Positions 27,364-44,880 of a stretch of 64,000 bases of DNA are shown piece after piece. The stretch lies in NCBI RefSeq assembly GCF_009914755.1, contig NC_060933.1; one strand, given 5' to 3'. Under the pieces are notes generated by a model that was not told the DNA's origin, did not search any database, and was given only the letters and a program-made list of their open reading frames with translations. Both the position numbers and the translations under genes were made by a program. The DNA is from the human T2T-CHM13v2.0 reference genome, Homo sapiens. Numbering within the stretch: position 1 is the stretch's first letter; each line of letters starts with the position of its first letter.

Positions 27364-28366
27364 ATGGGGAGAAACCAGAGCAGAAAAGCCGAAAATTCTA
27401 AAAACCAGAGTGCCTCTTCTCCTCCAAAGGATCACAGCTCCTCACCAGCAACAGAACAAAGCTGGACTGAGAATGACTTTGACCAGCTGACAGAAGTAGG
27501 CTTCAAAAGGTCGGTAATAACAGACTTCTCCGAGCTAAAGGAGGATGTTCGAACCCATTGCAAGGCAGCTAAAAACCTTGAAAAAAGATTACACGAATGG
27601 CTAACTAGAATAAACAGTGCAGAGAAGACCTTAAATGACCTGATGGACTGAAAACCATGGCACAAGAACTATGTGATGCATGCACAAGCTTCAGCGGAAT
27701 ACAGAGTATCAGTGATTGGAGATCAAATGAATGAAATGAAGCAAGAAGAGAAGTTTAGAGACAAAAGAGTAAAAAGAAATAAAACCTCCAAGAAATATGG
27801 GACTATGAGTAAAGACCACATCTACGCTTGATTGGTGTACCTGAAAGTGACGGGGAGAATGGAATTAAGCTGGAAAACACTCTTCAGGATATTATCCAGG
27901 AGAATGTCCCCAACCTATCAAGGCAGGCCAACATTCAAATTCAGGAAATACAGAGAACACCACAAAGATACTCCTCGAGAAAAGCAACCCCAAGACACAT
28001 AATTGTCAGATTTACCAAGGTTGAAAAGAGGAAAAAATGCTAAGGGCAGCCAGGGAGAAAGGTCGGGTTACCCACAAAGGGAAGCCCATCAGACTAACAG
28101 CTGATCTCTCAGCAGAAACTCTACAAGCCAGAATAGAGTGGGGGCCAATATTCAACATTCTCAGAGAAAAGAATTTTCAACCCAGAATTTCATATCCAGC
28201 CAAATTAAGCTTCATAAGTGAAGGAGAAATAAAATCCTTTACAGACAAACAAATGCTGAGAGATTTTGTCACCACCAGGCCTGCCTTACAGGAGCCCCTG
28301 AAGGAAGCACTAAACATGGAAAGGAACAACTGGAACCAGCCACTGCAAAAACATGCCAAATTGTAA
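27364..28366 (+). pseudogene. Disrupted L1 ORF1
   Basis: Split over frames 27364-27651, 27828-28043 and 28037-28366 by frameshifts. Confidence 0.9.
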
Positions 28367-28429
28367 AGACCATCGATGCTAGGAAGAAACTGCATCAACT
28401 AACGGGCAAAATAACCAGCTACCATCATA

Positions 28430-32242
<3,813 letters not shown>

Positions 32243-32454
32243 ACAATGAGAACACATGGACACAGGAAGGGGAACATCACACACCGGGGACTGTTGTGGA
32301 GTGGGGGGAGTGGGGAGGGATAGCATTAGGAGATATACCTAATGCTAAATGACGAGTTAATGGGTGCAGCACACCAACATGGCACATGTGTACATATGTA
32401 ACAAACCTGCATGTGGTGCACATGTACCCTAAAACTTAAAGTATAAAAAAAAAA

Positions 32455-34110
<1,656 letters not shown>

Positions 34111-36133
34111 AAAGAAGTGAACGATCTCTATAATGAAAACTATAAAATATAGATGAAAGAAATTAAAGTGAACAAAAAATGGAAAAATATTCAATGTTTA
34201 TGGATTGAAAGAATCAATATTGTTAAAATGTCCATACTACCAAAGCAATCTACAGATTCAATGCAATCCCTATCAAAATACCAATGACATTCTTCACAGA
34301 AATAGAACAAAAATCCTAAAATTTATATGGAACCACAAAAAACAAAAAACAAACAAACAAAAAAGACAGAATAGCCAAACCCATCCTAAGAAAAGAGAAA
34401 AAAACTGGGGGAATCACATTACCTGGCTTCAAATTACTACATAGCTATAGTACTGTAGTACTACTTTTGGTTACTGCAGGGCTACAGTAACCAAAACAGC
34501 ATGGTACTGGCATAAAAATAGACACATAGACCAATGGAACAGAATAGAGAATCCAGAAACAAATCCATACACCTACAGTGAACACATTTTCGACAAAGGT
34601 GCCAAGAACATACACTGAAGAAAAGACAGTCTCTTCAATAAATGGTGCTGGGAAACCTGGATATCCATATGCAGAAGAATAAAACTACTGCAGAAATAGA
34701 TGAGAGACCCGTATCTCTCATCACATGCAAAAATCAAATCAAAATGGATTAAAGACTTAATCTAAGACCTGAAAGTATGAAACTACTACAAGAAAACATT
34801 GTGGAAAATCTCCAGGACATTGGTCTGGGCAAAGATTTCTTAAGCAATACCCCACAAGCATAGGCAACCAAAGTTAAAAGGGGGCAAATGGGATTATATC
34901 AAGTTTAAAAGCTTCTGCAGAGCAAAGAAACAATAACAAAGTGAAGAGACAACATACAGAATGGGAGAAAATATTTACAAACTGTCCATCTGATAAGGGA
35001 TTAATAAAAAGAATATATAAGGAGCCCAAACAACTCTTTAGGAAAAAATCTAATCCAATCAAAAAATGGGCAAAAGATTTGAATAGATATTTCTCAAAAG
35101 ACATACAAATGGCAAACAGGCATATGAAAAGGTGTTCAACATCACTGATCATCAGAGGAATGCAAATCAAAACAACAATGAGATATCATCTCACCCCAGT
35201 TAAAATGACTTTTATCCAAAAGACAGGCAATAACAAATGCTGGTGAGAATGTGAAGAAAAGGGAACCCTTATATGCTGTTGGTGGGAATGTAAATTAGTA
35301 CAACTACTATGGAGAAGAGTTTGGAAGTTCCTCAAAAAACTAAAAATAGAGCTAGCATACGCTCCAGCAATCTTACTGCTGGGTATATACCCAGAAGAAA
35401 GGAAATCAGCATATTGAAGACACATCTGCACTCCTGTGTTTGTTGCAGCTTTTACAATAGCTAAGATTTGGAAGCAATCTAAATGTCCATCAACAGATGA
35501 ATGGATAAGGAAAATGTGATACATATCCACAATAGAGTACTTAAGCCATAAAAAAGAATGAAAGCCTGTCATTTGCAACAACATGAATGGAACTGGAGGT
35601 CATTATGTTAAGTGAAATAAGCCAGAAACAGAAAGACAAATATCACATGTTCTCACTTATTTGTGGGACCTAAAAATGAAAACAATTGAACTCAAGGACA
35701 GAGAGAGTAGAAGGATGGTTACCAGAGGCTGGGAAGGGTAGCAGGGTGCTGGGGAGGAAGGGAGATGGTTAATGGGTACAAAAAAATAAAAAGAATGAAT
35801 GAGACTTACCAGGTTGATAGCCCAACAGGGTTACTATAATCAATAATAACTTATTTGTACAGTTTTAAATAATTAAAGGAGTTATTGGATTGTTTGTAAC
35901 TCAAAGGATAAAATATTTGCAATCACCCCATTCTCCATGTGTGCTTATTTCATATTCTATGCCTATATCTAAACATTCATGTGCCCCATAAATATATATA
36001 CCTACTACGTACCCACAAAAATTAAAATAATAATTATATATATAGAATAAATAGGATTCATGAGAAAGAAATAAGTTATTATACTGGCAGCATCTCGTGC
36101 CTAGCACATAGTATGCACTAGAAAAGTACTTGC

Positions 36134-37030
36134 CGTTCCCGTCTGGGAGGTGAGGAGCGCCTCTGCCCGGCCGCCACCCTGTCTGGGAAGTGAGGAGCGC
36201 CTCTGCCCGGCCGCCCATCGTCTGGGAAGTGAGGAGCGCCTCTGCCCGGCCGCCCTGTCTGGGAAGTGAGGAGCGCCTCTGCCCGGCCGCCCATCGTCTG
36301 GGAAGTGAGGAGCGCCTCTGCCCGGCCGCCCATCATCTGGGAAGTGAGGAGCGCCTCTGCCCGGCCGCCCATCGTCTGGGAAGTGAGGAGCGCCTCTGCC
36401 CGGCCGCCCTGTCTGGGAAGTGAGGAGCACCTCTGCCCGGCCGCTGTGCAATCTTCCAAGTGTGAAGTGACAGCCTTTCTGCAGGTGTACCCAACAGCTC
36501 CAAAGAGACAGCGACCATCGAGAAGGGGCCATGATGACGATGGCGGTTTTGTCGAAAAGAAAAGGGGGAAATGTGAGGAAAAGAAAGAGAGATCAGATTG
36601 TTACTGTGTCTGTGTAGAAAGAAGTAGACATAGGAGACTCCATTTCATTCTGTACTAAGAAAAATTCTTCTGCCTTGGGATGCTGTTAATCTATAACCTT
36701 ACCCCCACCCCGTGCTCTCTGAAACGTGTGCTGTGTCAATTCAGGGTTAAATGGATTAAGGGCAGTGCAAGATGTGCTTTGTTAAACAGATGCTTGAAGG
36801 CAGCATGCTCCTTAAGAGTCATCACCACTCCCTAATCTCAAGTACCCAGGGACGCAAACACTGCGGAAGGCCTCAGTGACCTCTGCCTAGGAAAACCAGA
36901 GACCTTTGTTCACGTGTTTATCTGCTGACCTTCTCTCCACTATTATCCTATGACCCTGCCACATCCCCCTCTCCGAGAAACACCCAAGAATGATCAATAA
37001 ATACTAAAAAAAAAAAAAAGAAAAGAAAAA
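36134..37030 (+). mobile_element. 5'-truncated SVA (SVA_A-type): VNTR + SINE-R + poly(A)
   Basis: Eight 37-40-bp VNTR units, SINE-R with gcaatcttccaagtgtgaagtgacagcc and agagacagcgaccatcgag, AATAAA 36996-37001, perfect 14-bp TSD agaaaagtacttgc at 36120-36133 and 37031-37044. Confidence 0.95.
36139..36444 (+). repeat. SVA VNTR, 8 units, CpG-rich
   Basis: Unit gtctgggaagtgaggagcgcctctgcccggccgccc(atc/t). Confidence 0.95.
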
Positions 37031-37182
37031 AGAAAAGTACTTGCAGTTACTACTGCACAGGTTTAAACAATTTCACCGGGACAGGACAATTTTATGAGTT
37101 ATAATCACCGTCCTTTAGCAATCCTACAAACACACCTCATTTTCATCTGTCACCCTCTCCCCTTTCACTCACTGGCCAGTTG

Positions 37183-37431
37183 CTCACTCATAGGTGGGAA
37201 CTGAACAATGAGAACACATGGACACAGGAAGGGGAACATCACACACCGGGGCCTGTTGTGGGGTGGGGGGAGGGGGGAGGGATAGCATTAAGAGATACAC
37301 CTAATATTAAATGACGAGTTAATGGGTGCAGCACACCAACATGGCACATGTATACATACGTAACTAACCTGCACGTTGTGCACATGTACCCTAAAACTTA
37401 AAGTATAATAATAAAAAAAAAAAAAAAAAAA
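37183..37431 (+). mobile_element. Short L1PA3/4-like 3' end
   Basis: ctcactcataggtgggaa...aaatgacgagttaatgggtgcagcacaccaacatgg...aataaa and A19; no TSD found. Confidence 0.93.
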
Positions 37432-38591
37432 GAGGGAAGGTTGATGCTGGCCATGATTCCTTGGGAAGAACCAGCAGAACCAGTTTTCTCTCCCTGATGA
37501 CTGAGAAAGGATTTTTTTAAGTTTCTCTGAACTGAGGTTGAAGAGAAGGGGCTGGTGGTGGTATCTGAGGAGCTCCCTGGGCTCTGGCATGTTCCCACAA
37601 CTCCCTAAGACTTGCTTTAAATGAAGAAACAGAACCTTTAAACAAGAGTGTGGACTTCAGAGAAGTGACCTCTGCCTTGATTCCTAAGTGCCCTGCATCC
37701 CAACTGGACTTGAGCAGCATGAACCTCCTAGAACGTCCCGCCCCACCAGGCAGGCAGCAGTTGGGCATAGATGATTGGGATGATGTTGAAGCAGAGAAGA
37801 CCTAAAATACCCCTTTTGGGTTTCCCACTGACCAGAAAGGTGTGGACAACAGTAGACCCTCTCTGTGCCCCAGAGGAGTGTGGGGGGAAAGAGAAAACCA
37901 ATCTGAAAAGATATTAAAGCCCTGATGCAGGGACAACACAGCCAAAATGGAGAGGACCGCATGGCTGCAGGCCAGCTAGCAACTTGGTGCTCTGGTAGGT
38001 GCCAGTGTGGCAGGATGGCAAGGCCTGAGCACAAGGAGTTTTGCCCATCTCAGTGAGTAACAGAATGGAAAGATACCAACAGCCAGGGGCCTGATCCTCT
38101 TGCCCCTGAAGCTATGACACTACCTAAGATCCCTGGATCTCCCAACACCACTGCCATCTCAGGTTGGTAGTGGGGTCAGGGATTAAAATCTTAAATTAAC
38201 TCAAGTAGAAGCCTGAAATAAATAACTTCACCTCAAATGAACTGAGATTAAATTTTCTGCCAGATAGCGAAATGGAGTTTGAAATAGAAAATAACCTGAG
38301 TCATAGAAAAATAGAGCACAGAGACGGAAAATTCATACTAACTTATTAGACAGTGGAAATGCCTGAGATGCATGTTGAAGAGTGCCCTCTAAACTGTGCC
38401 TCACTGTGCAAGATTCCATTGAGAATTCTGCTTAGGCAGTCCTCCATATTGCCACTTTCTTACTGAAGGACTAAATCCCCTAGGTGGATAGCTGCTAGAA
38501 ATGGCAGAAAAAGAAGAAACAAACTAGACATCAAGGGGTAGGTAACCAAGGATTTACAGTGACTATGTGGGACCCACTGCGGCTGGGCAAA

Positions 38592-38815
38592 GGCAGTACA
38601 GCTTGCTAGACAGAGCCCTGAATTTGAGTCAGAGGTCTTGGGTTCAAATCCCAGTCCCTTACTTTGCTCTGTAATCCTGAGCAAGCACTTCAGCTTCTGA
38701 GAACCTCAGCCTCCTTATCTATAAGCAGCTTCTCCAGGTTAGGGTTAAATGAGGGCAGGTATGGAAAGTCCCCTCACAGAGCCAGACATATGATAGATGC
38801 TCACTGAGTATCTGA
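38592..38815 (+). mobile_element. MIR (MIRb-like)
   Basis: gagtcagaggtcttgggttcaaatcccag...cctgagcaagcacttcagcttctgagaacctcagcc. Confidence 0.7.
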
Positions 38816-40609
38816 AGAATGAAACCCTGCCTCTAAGTCCTTTACTTCCAGACCTGCCCTGGCTTCTTCTCCCAGGTTGATGGTCCTAACTACCATGCAT
38901 GATTCCATCTCTGGCTCTGGTCTTGTCCTGAGTGGGTGGAAGACCCAGAACCAGGATGCTACCCACACCAATTAAAGTATTATTTGCTCTTTGGATTCTT
39001 GAAGTCCTGCTAGCTGGCTAAATAGCCCTGAGTACCCACCCCAACAGTATAAACCCCAATTCACACACATACTTCCCTCGCTGGCTGGACCTGTGGGGTG
39101 CCAGCATGTCATGAGGCTAACTTGGCCCTATGTGGCCAGAGGAGCTGTAGATCCCTTGTCCCAGAGACACCATGGAGTTTTATCTTATAACTGAGGATGA
39201 AGGGGTTATTGTAAATAAACAGACGGCTTGGGCTTCATTACTAAGCCAGAGGAAAATTGTACAGCAATATCTTATTGTCCAGTTTAAATGGTGTTCAGGC
39301 CAGGGCGCTAATGGGGACTCTTTGTGAAGAAAGCAGAGGCAATGAATTCCTCCCTCAGTAATAAAAGGAGCAGAATCTTGAAAGAGGAGTAGCACTTTAA
39401 AAGGGGTGGCCCTTTAAAAACTTCCTGGGGCTGGTAGAAAGGAAAAGGGGGTGCACTGGGAGCCAGACACTGAGAGGGACCCCAGAGTCCTTACTGGTGG
39501 GAGGCCTGCATGCCTCCCTGACAGCTTGATATATTTCAGTGATGGAAACTGCTGACCATACTTTCTGTTTAAGTTAGCACATTTTGTTGGCTACCTTGTT
39601 GTAGGTGTTGAGTTATTCTTTCCCAGCTCCCCATCTGTATCACTTTTCTCCCTTTAGCACACTTATGTCAGGGTCAACATTCTTAATAATGAAGTCAAAA
39701 TACCCTGTTGTCAAGGCTTCCAGAAAAAAAAAAAAAACGCTAAACACAAAGAAGCTGTTAAGGCAGCTGGGATTACACCGGGAAGGGAGGGATAAATTCA
39801 AATTGCACTCCATGAAACCTGTAAAACTCCATCAGCTTTACCAGTTTCTCTCCAGCCTCCACATCCCCAAGGACCTCATTGTCCCTAAAGAAACCCATTA
39901 GTGTGCACAGGCTAATGAGACCCTCCAGTCACTGGAACAGGAGAGACTCAACAGGGAGCCCATTTCTGCACACTTGGCAGCAGGCTGCTGGAAACACCTG
40001 GTCCTCCCATCCACCCCGCAGGCTCAGGGCAGCAGTGACTCCTTCAACCTTGGCTACTCAAGGAATTTTGCTTGAAGAGACAGCCCAAGAGTTAGAAGAC
40101 TTCTTTTTGGTGGGTTCTCGTCACTAGCCTGGAATTCCTGTCCCATCTGGGGGACATTGTGTCATAGTTTCATCTTTAAAAATTGGGGAGGCTGTCTTGC
40201 AATGCAAATGAGTTTTTCATGAAACTCAATGTGGAGACATTAATAGCACCCAGCTGTTTATTTCTGAAATAAGGAATTATTCCCAGAGATTTGGAGGGTG
40301 GCACATGATGACAGGCATGACAACCCCCATTTAAACAGGGATTAACCTTCACAGACTAAGCACTCTCATTCCATTGCTAATCCCGTTTCTACTGATAGGA
40401 ACTGCTTGGAGCTTGGGGTAGCCCAACCCTACAGACAGAGAAAAAGCTGCGTAGCTGCCCCTGTATCTTCCTCTACAGCCTCATTCCTCCAAGAGCACGC
40501 CATGGCCCTGCATTGGTGGTTTCCTCTCGTGATGACACTAGGCCATCTCTGCTTCCACAGAACACACACCATGTTGTCTGCCTAGCTAGAGGTCCAGTCA
40601 ATACTTTGT

Positions 40610-40800
40610 AAGTCTTAGGAGTCAATGCATCCAACCATATAGTTTAAATATTGGCTATGTGACCTTGGGCAAGTCATTTAATCTCTCTGAATCACAGTGA
40701 AATCAGAATACTATTATTTCTCTTGCTGGGTTGTTGTGAATATTAGAATTAATGTCAGGAAAGCGTTCCACAATCTAAGAGGGATTGAATAAATGGTTTT
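40610..40800 (+). mobile_element. MIR
   Basis: ggctatgtgaccttgggcaagtcatttaatctctctgaatc...gggttgttgtgaatatta. Confidence 0.7.
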
Positions 40801-42784
40801 TGGTAGTCATGGTAGTAGCAGACAAGTTGTATATTTAGAATAATGAGTACTCACTCCAGCCACGCATTTTACTGATCTGACTCAGTGGCTTTAAGATGGT
40901 TTATAGCAGGAGAATTCCCTTTCTTTCCTGAGGAAATCAGACACAAAATCTCCATTTCATAAAGCGAATAGCAGGACACTGCTCTGGTGGAACCGGGACA
41001 GATAGCCGGGACTCCTGCCCACCTGGCTCCCCCACCTTTCTGTGGAAGTCCCTCAAGTTCCTGCAAGAAATTCCAGGATGACTCACAGCAGTTTGAAAAC
41101 CACAGGTTTCATTTACAATTGCCATTTTATTTACCAATGCCAGGGACCTGAAAGGTAGAGTCTGAACTTAGGGGCTATCCAAACATGACACCCTAAGTGT
41201 GGTCACTCTGAAGCAGGTCCTTGCCACACAGGGCTGTCACTGCTCAGGCGGAGGCCTTCCCTTCACTCACCCGCACAAGCAAAATGCCCTGCCACAAACC
41301 TTTCCTGTCTCCAGCCGGTCTTACTCATGCCTACCTGAAACCTCTGTCCCACACCAGCCCCTATCTTATTTACCTCTCAACGTGACAATCACAACTCATA
41401 CACCGAGCTTAGCTTTACTTTTAAAATGTCATCTCCCATTACGTAAGTTTATTTTGCATTTACATGGCGCTTTATACATTTATCTAATTGATTCCTTGTC
41501 CTGACCAAACATGGCAGGTTTGTGGAACAGAATGTTACATGGAAGTTTCAGCAGAGGTCCAAAGACAATGGGAACTGCATTCCAAATGAGGTGCCAAAGA
41601 AGTTGCGGGATTTTCAAAATAGGTGCCAAGAACCAGCTCCCCGGTTCTTAGACCCTTTTTCCACAATGAAGGTATAGAGGATGGCAATTGAAGCATTTCT
41701 CAAGAGGATTTCTTTGGAGAGAGCTGTAGTATGAAACCTACTCCCCAAAAAGAGGGGTAGGGGGTCCCACCTGACTCCTGGTAATGTGGCCTTCAAGGAA
41801 ATAGGAGAAGATTTTTAGAGAGAGCTGTGGACATGTAAGTGTAGCTTTTCCCCACCATGCCCACTTTAGTGAGGTCAGAGGTGGTGCCTTTCCTCTCATC
41901 TCAATTTTTAAAAGGTTGATTTTTAGGAGAAAAATGATATGTTCTAACTGCCTGACTGACACAGAGGTCCAGTGTGTGACTCCCAGCTGAAGGCAGGTGG
42001 CTAGCTGCTTCAAAAGCAGAGTGAAAGAAAGACAAAAGGCTCCCCTAGCTTGTGGGGCAAAAATGATGTGTTTTTCACAGACCAGGTGTGGGCCTCCCAC
42101 GGGAGCTAACCGACGTTGGCTTGTCTTAGGTTGTTTCCAAGAAGACCACCTAAAGGGCAAACAGAGAGAAGCTGAATGGATGGCTGGATTGTCAGGGCCT
42201 GAGGAGGAAGAGCCATCTGGAATAGAGAAGCTCTGTCAAGGGGATGCAGGTGAGTGACCACCAGCCACAGGGCAGGGGCACTCCATGGAGAAAGCAGCTG
42301 CCCTGTGGGCAGTCTGAAATGCCCGCCAAGCCAAGAGGGCCCCGGAGCAGAGTGGCACAGCAGTGGCTCTCAGAGGGAGCTCCTGCCTCTCTCCCTCTCT
42401 CTGGATTCTAACCACAAAGCACAGCTATTGGGATGGGAGAAGAGGAGAAAAAGTCGATGAGTTAAAAAAAGAAGAAAATGACCGCAGCCCTTCCTGCATG
42501 CAGCATGCTCAATCTGCAGGAGGGGAGAAATGCTGACTTTAAATCAAATTCGTAGGACTCAACATTTTAATCACCAGATTGAGATTATTTTTATTACCCC
42601 AAAGTAACCAGAAAACTCATGCAACTGCCTGATTTTTCAGCTAGTGGCAGGGGAAAATGAGTCCCATGGTCTGGATTAAAGGGACAGTGAGAGACAAAAA
42701 CAGTTACTTTATAATTGTATAGTTATATGTTCTTGGTCAACATGAAGAGTTAACACGGATCAGTCTCACCATTAAGAGCTACGG

Positions 42785-43265
42785 GTATCATTCAGAACTT
42801 TTTATGTGGCTGGCTTAGGTAAATGAAGGAAATTTACTGGCTCATGTAACTGGGAAGTCCAAAGATAAAGCTGGTTTCAGGACCTCAAATGGAGCCGTCA
42901 CCTCTCTCTTGCTCATCTAGTTCTGTTAACACATTGAGCTCATTTTCTTCCAATGCAAATTGGCTTTATTTGTGCAGAAGTTGCAGCCACAGGCAGGCAG
43001 CTATAGACTCGCATAATCCCAGCTTAGTTCCAGAAGAAAGAGAGAGCTTCTTGCTTTCAGCATCTATAAGCAAAATCCCAGAGGAGTACCTGATTGGCTT
43101 GTCTTGAGCCATGTGCCCACCTGATCGATGTCCGGCAGGGGCAGGGTGCTTGATCTTGCAATGTTGCATGGAAGAGGTGTCTTACTCCAAAGGAAGTGGG
43201 CTGGGACTACTTGAAGAATGGGACAGGCGTGCTGGGCAGACCAAAACAACAAACACCAGTTTTCC
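42785..43265 (-). mobile_element. MLT1 (J/K/L-like) LTR
   Basis: ggaaatttactggctcatgtaactgggaagtcc...ctgattggcttgtcttgagccatgtgccca...gctgggcagaccaaaacaaca. Confidence 0.65.
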
Positions 43266-43795
43266 ACATTGTGTAGCACAGGAAAATGCAGCTCAAAGAT
43301 ATCAGCTGCATACTCTTCCTATGCAGTAGAAAATAATGATTATTATAACAATTAACATCTTACCACTGGGGATCCTTGCTTATGCTCTTCCCTCAGTCAG
43401 AGATGTACTCTATCAAAATTCTGCTCATTTTTCAAGCTCAGCTCAAATATTATCTCCTCCATGAAGCCTCTCATGATTTCCAGATATGAAAATGAATTGA
43501 TCCTTTTACTGCAGTCTTATTGTATTTGTAGAGTTCTCAGCCTTGGTTCTGCAGCAGAATCAGTGAGCAGCTGGTTGAAATGCCACCTCTCTATCAAATC
43601 TTCCCTGACCTCAAAAGCACAAATACTCTTCTCTCTACTCGTATAATAACTAAAGCCTTCTAAAACCATCACTTTCTTGTCGACTACTTCTGCACATGCA
43701 CCCAGATTATTGCTTTTATGAAAGCACATGGCTTTGCATTTGGGACATCGGGAAATTCTGTTTTATTGAGTCAGGCAGCAATTCCTTTTACACTT

Positions 43796-44315
43796 TGTGC
43801 TAGTTTTAAAATAAGTTCACAAATTTTTGAAACTCCTCTCTTCAAGAGGTGGAGTCTAATTCCCCTCCCTTTGAGTGTGGGTGGGAACAAGCTACTTGCT
43901 TCTAGTTAATTGAGAAAAAAGGTTCTGTGATAGCGTGCAAGTAATAAATGGTGCTGCAACTTCTCTTGCTCTCTCCTGAATTGTTTGCTCTAGGTAAAGT
44001 GACTCACAACTACCAGATTGTGGGGACACTGAAACAGCCTATGGAGAGCCCTCATGGGAAGGAACTGAGGCCTTCTGCCAACAGTCATGTGAGTGGTCAT
44101 CTCCAAAGCAGATTGTCCAGCCCCAGCAAAGCCTCCAGATGATGGCAACCCTGCAGCTAGCCTGACTGCAACTGCAGGAGACTCCCTTAGCCAGAACCTC
44201 CCAGCGAAACTGCTCCTTAATTCTTGACCCATAGATACTGAAATAACAAATGTTTGTTGTTTTAAGCCACTAAATTTTGGGATAATTTGTTACACAGCAA
44301 TAGATAACAAATGCA
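43796..44315 (+). mobile_element. MLT1F-like solo LTR
   Basis: TG...CA ends, caagaggtggagtctaattcccctcccttgagtgtggg, ttttaagccactaaattttgggataatttgttacacagcaatagataac; 5-bp TSD cactt / tactt. Confidence 0.82.
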
Positions 44316-44356
44316 TACTTCTACACATAGATGTGGCAAGCATTCTTAACACTGGG

Positions 44357-44880
44357 TGTCTTGGCGTGGGTTCCTCAGGGAACAGAGCCTGAGGAAAAGG
44401 CTAACGTGCTAATACTAAACTATGGAGTTTATTGCAGGGAAGCAGGAGCAAGAGCAAACCTTAGAGTGCATTACTAAGCAGGGCCCTGCTTGGGATCACT
44501 TGCCACTGATTGTTTCATCTTGCAGGACCGATTCTGAAAGGCTGTGAGTTCACTTGCATCTCAGGTCAGTTTGTACAGAGGGTAGAAGTGAAGAGGATTT
44601 ATCTATCTGCTTTTAACTCCCTGTAGTCAAGCTTTCTTCACAGGACATTAACACTCTATATTTCCTGGGTCTTTACATGGTCTCCAAGCAGGTCCCTGGT
44701 GTCACATGCCTTGGGATGAACAAGGAAACACCACTTTCCTAGGCATGGGGCAGGGCACTGCCAGGTTGTCACACCTGAGATCAGTTGCAGCTCACACAAA
44801 ATTGGTCACCAATTAGCAGCTCGAGCAGAACAAATGGGCAAAGGTCCTAGACAGATGGGGCTAAGAGGCTCTGGTGGTAC
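44357..44880 (-). mobile_element. LTR16-like ERVL LTR
   Basis: Begins tgtcttggcgtgggttcctcagggaacagagcctgaggaaaagg, resembling the reverse LTR16 end. Confidence 0.45.

Noticed and set aside
35901-36658. Repetitive ORFs (GRPGRGAPHFPD / SARPPIVWEVR) and a CRISPR-like periodic look
   Set aside because: These are translations of the SVA VNTR; the units are contiguous with no unique spacers.
37440-38340. Possible ancient LTR (likewise 62425-63300)
   Set aside because: LTR-like texture, but I cannot assign family or ends without a Dfam search.
39395-39420. Short inverted repeats here and near 16728, 20776, 45294 and 51125
   Set aside because: Short or imperfect stems at a frequency expected by chance.
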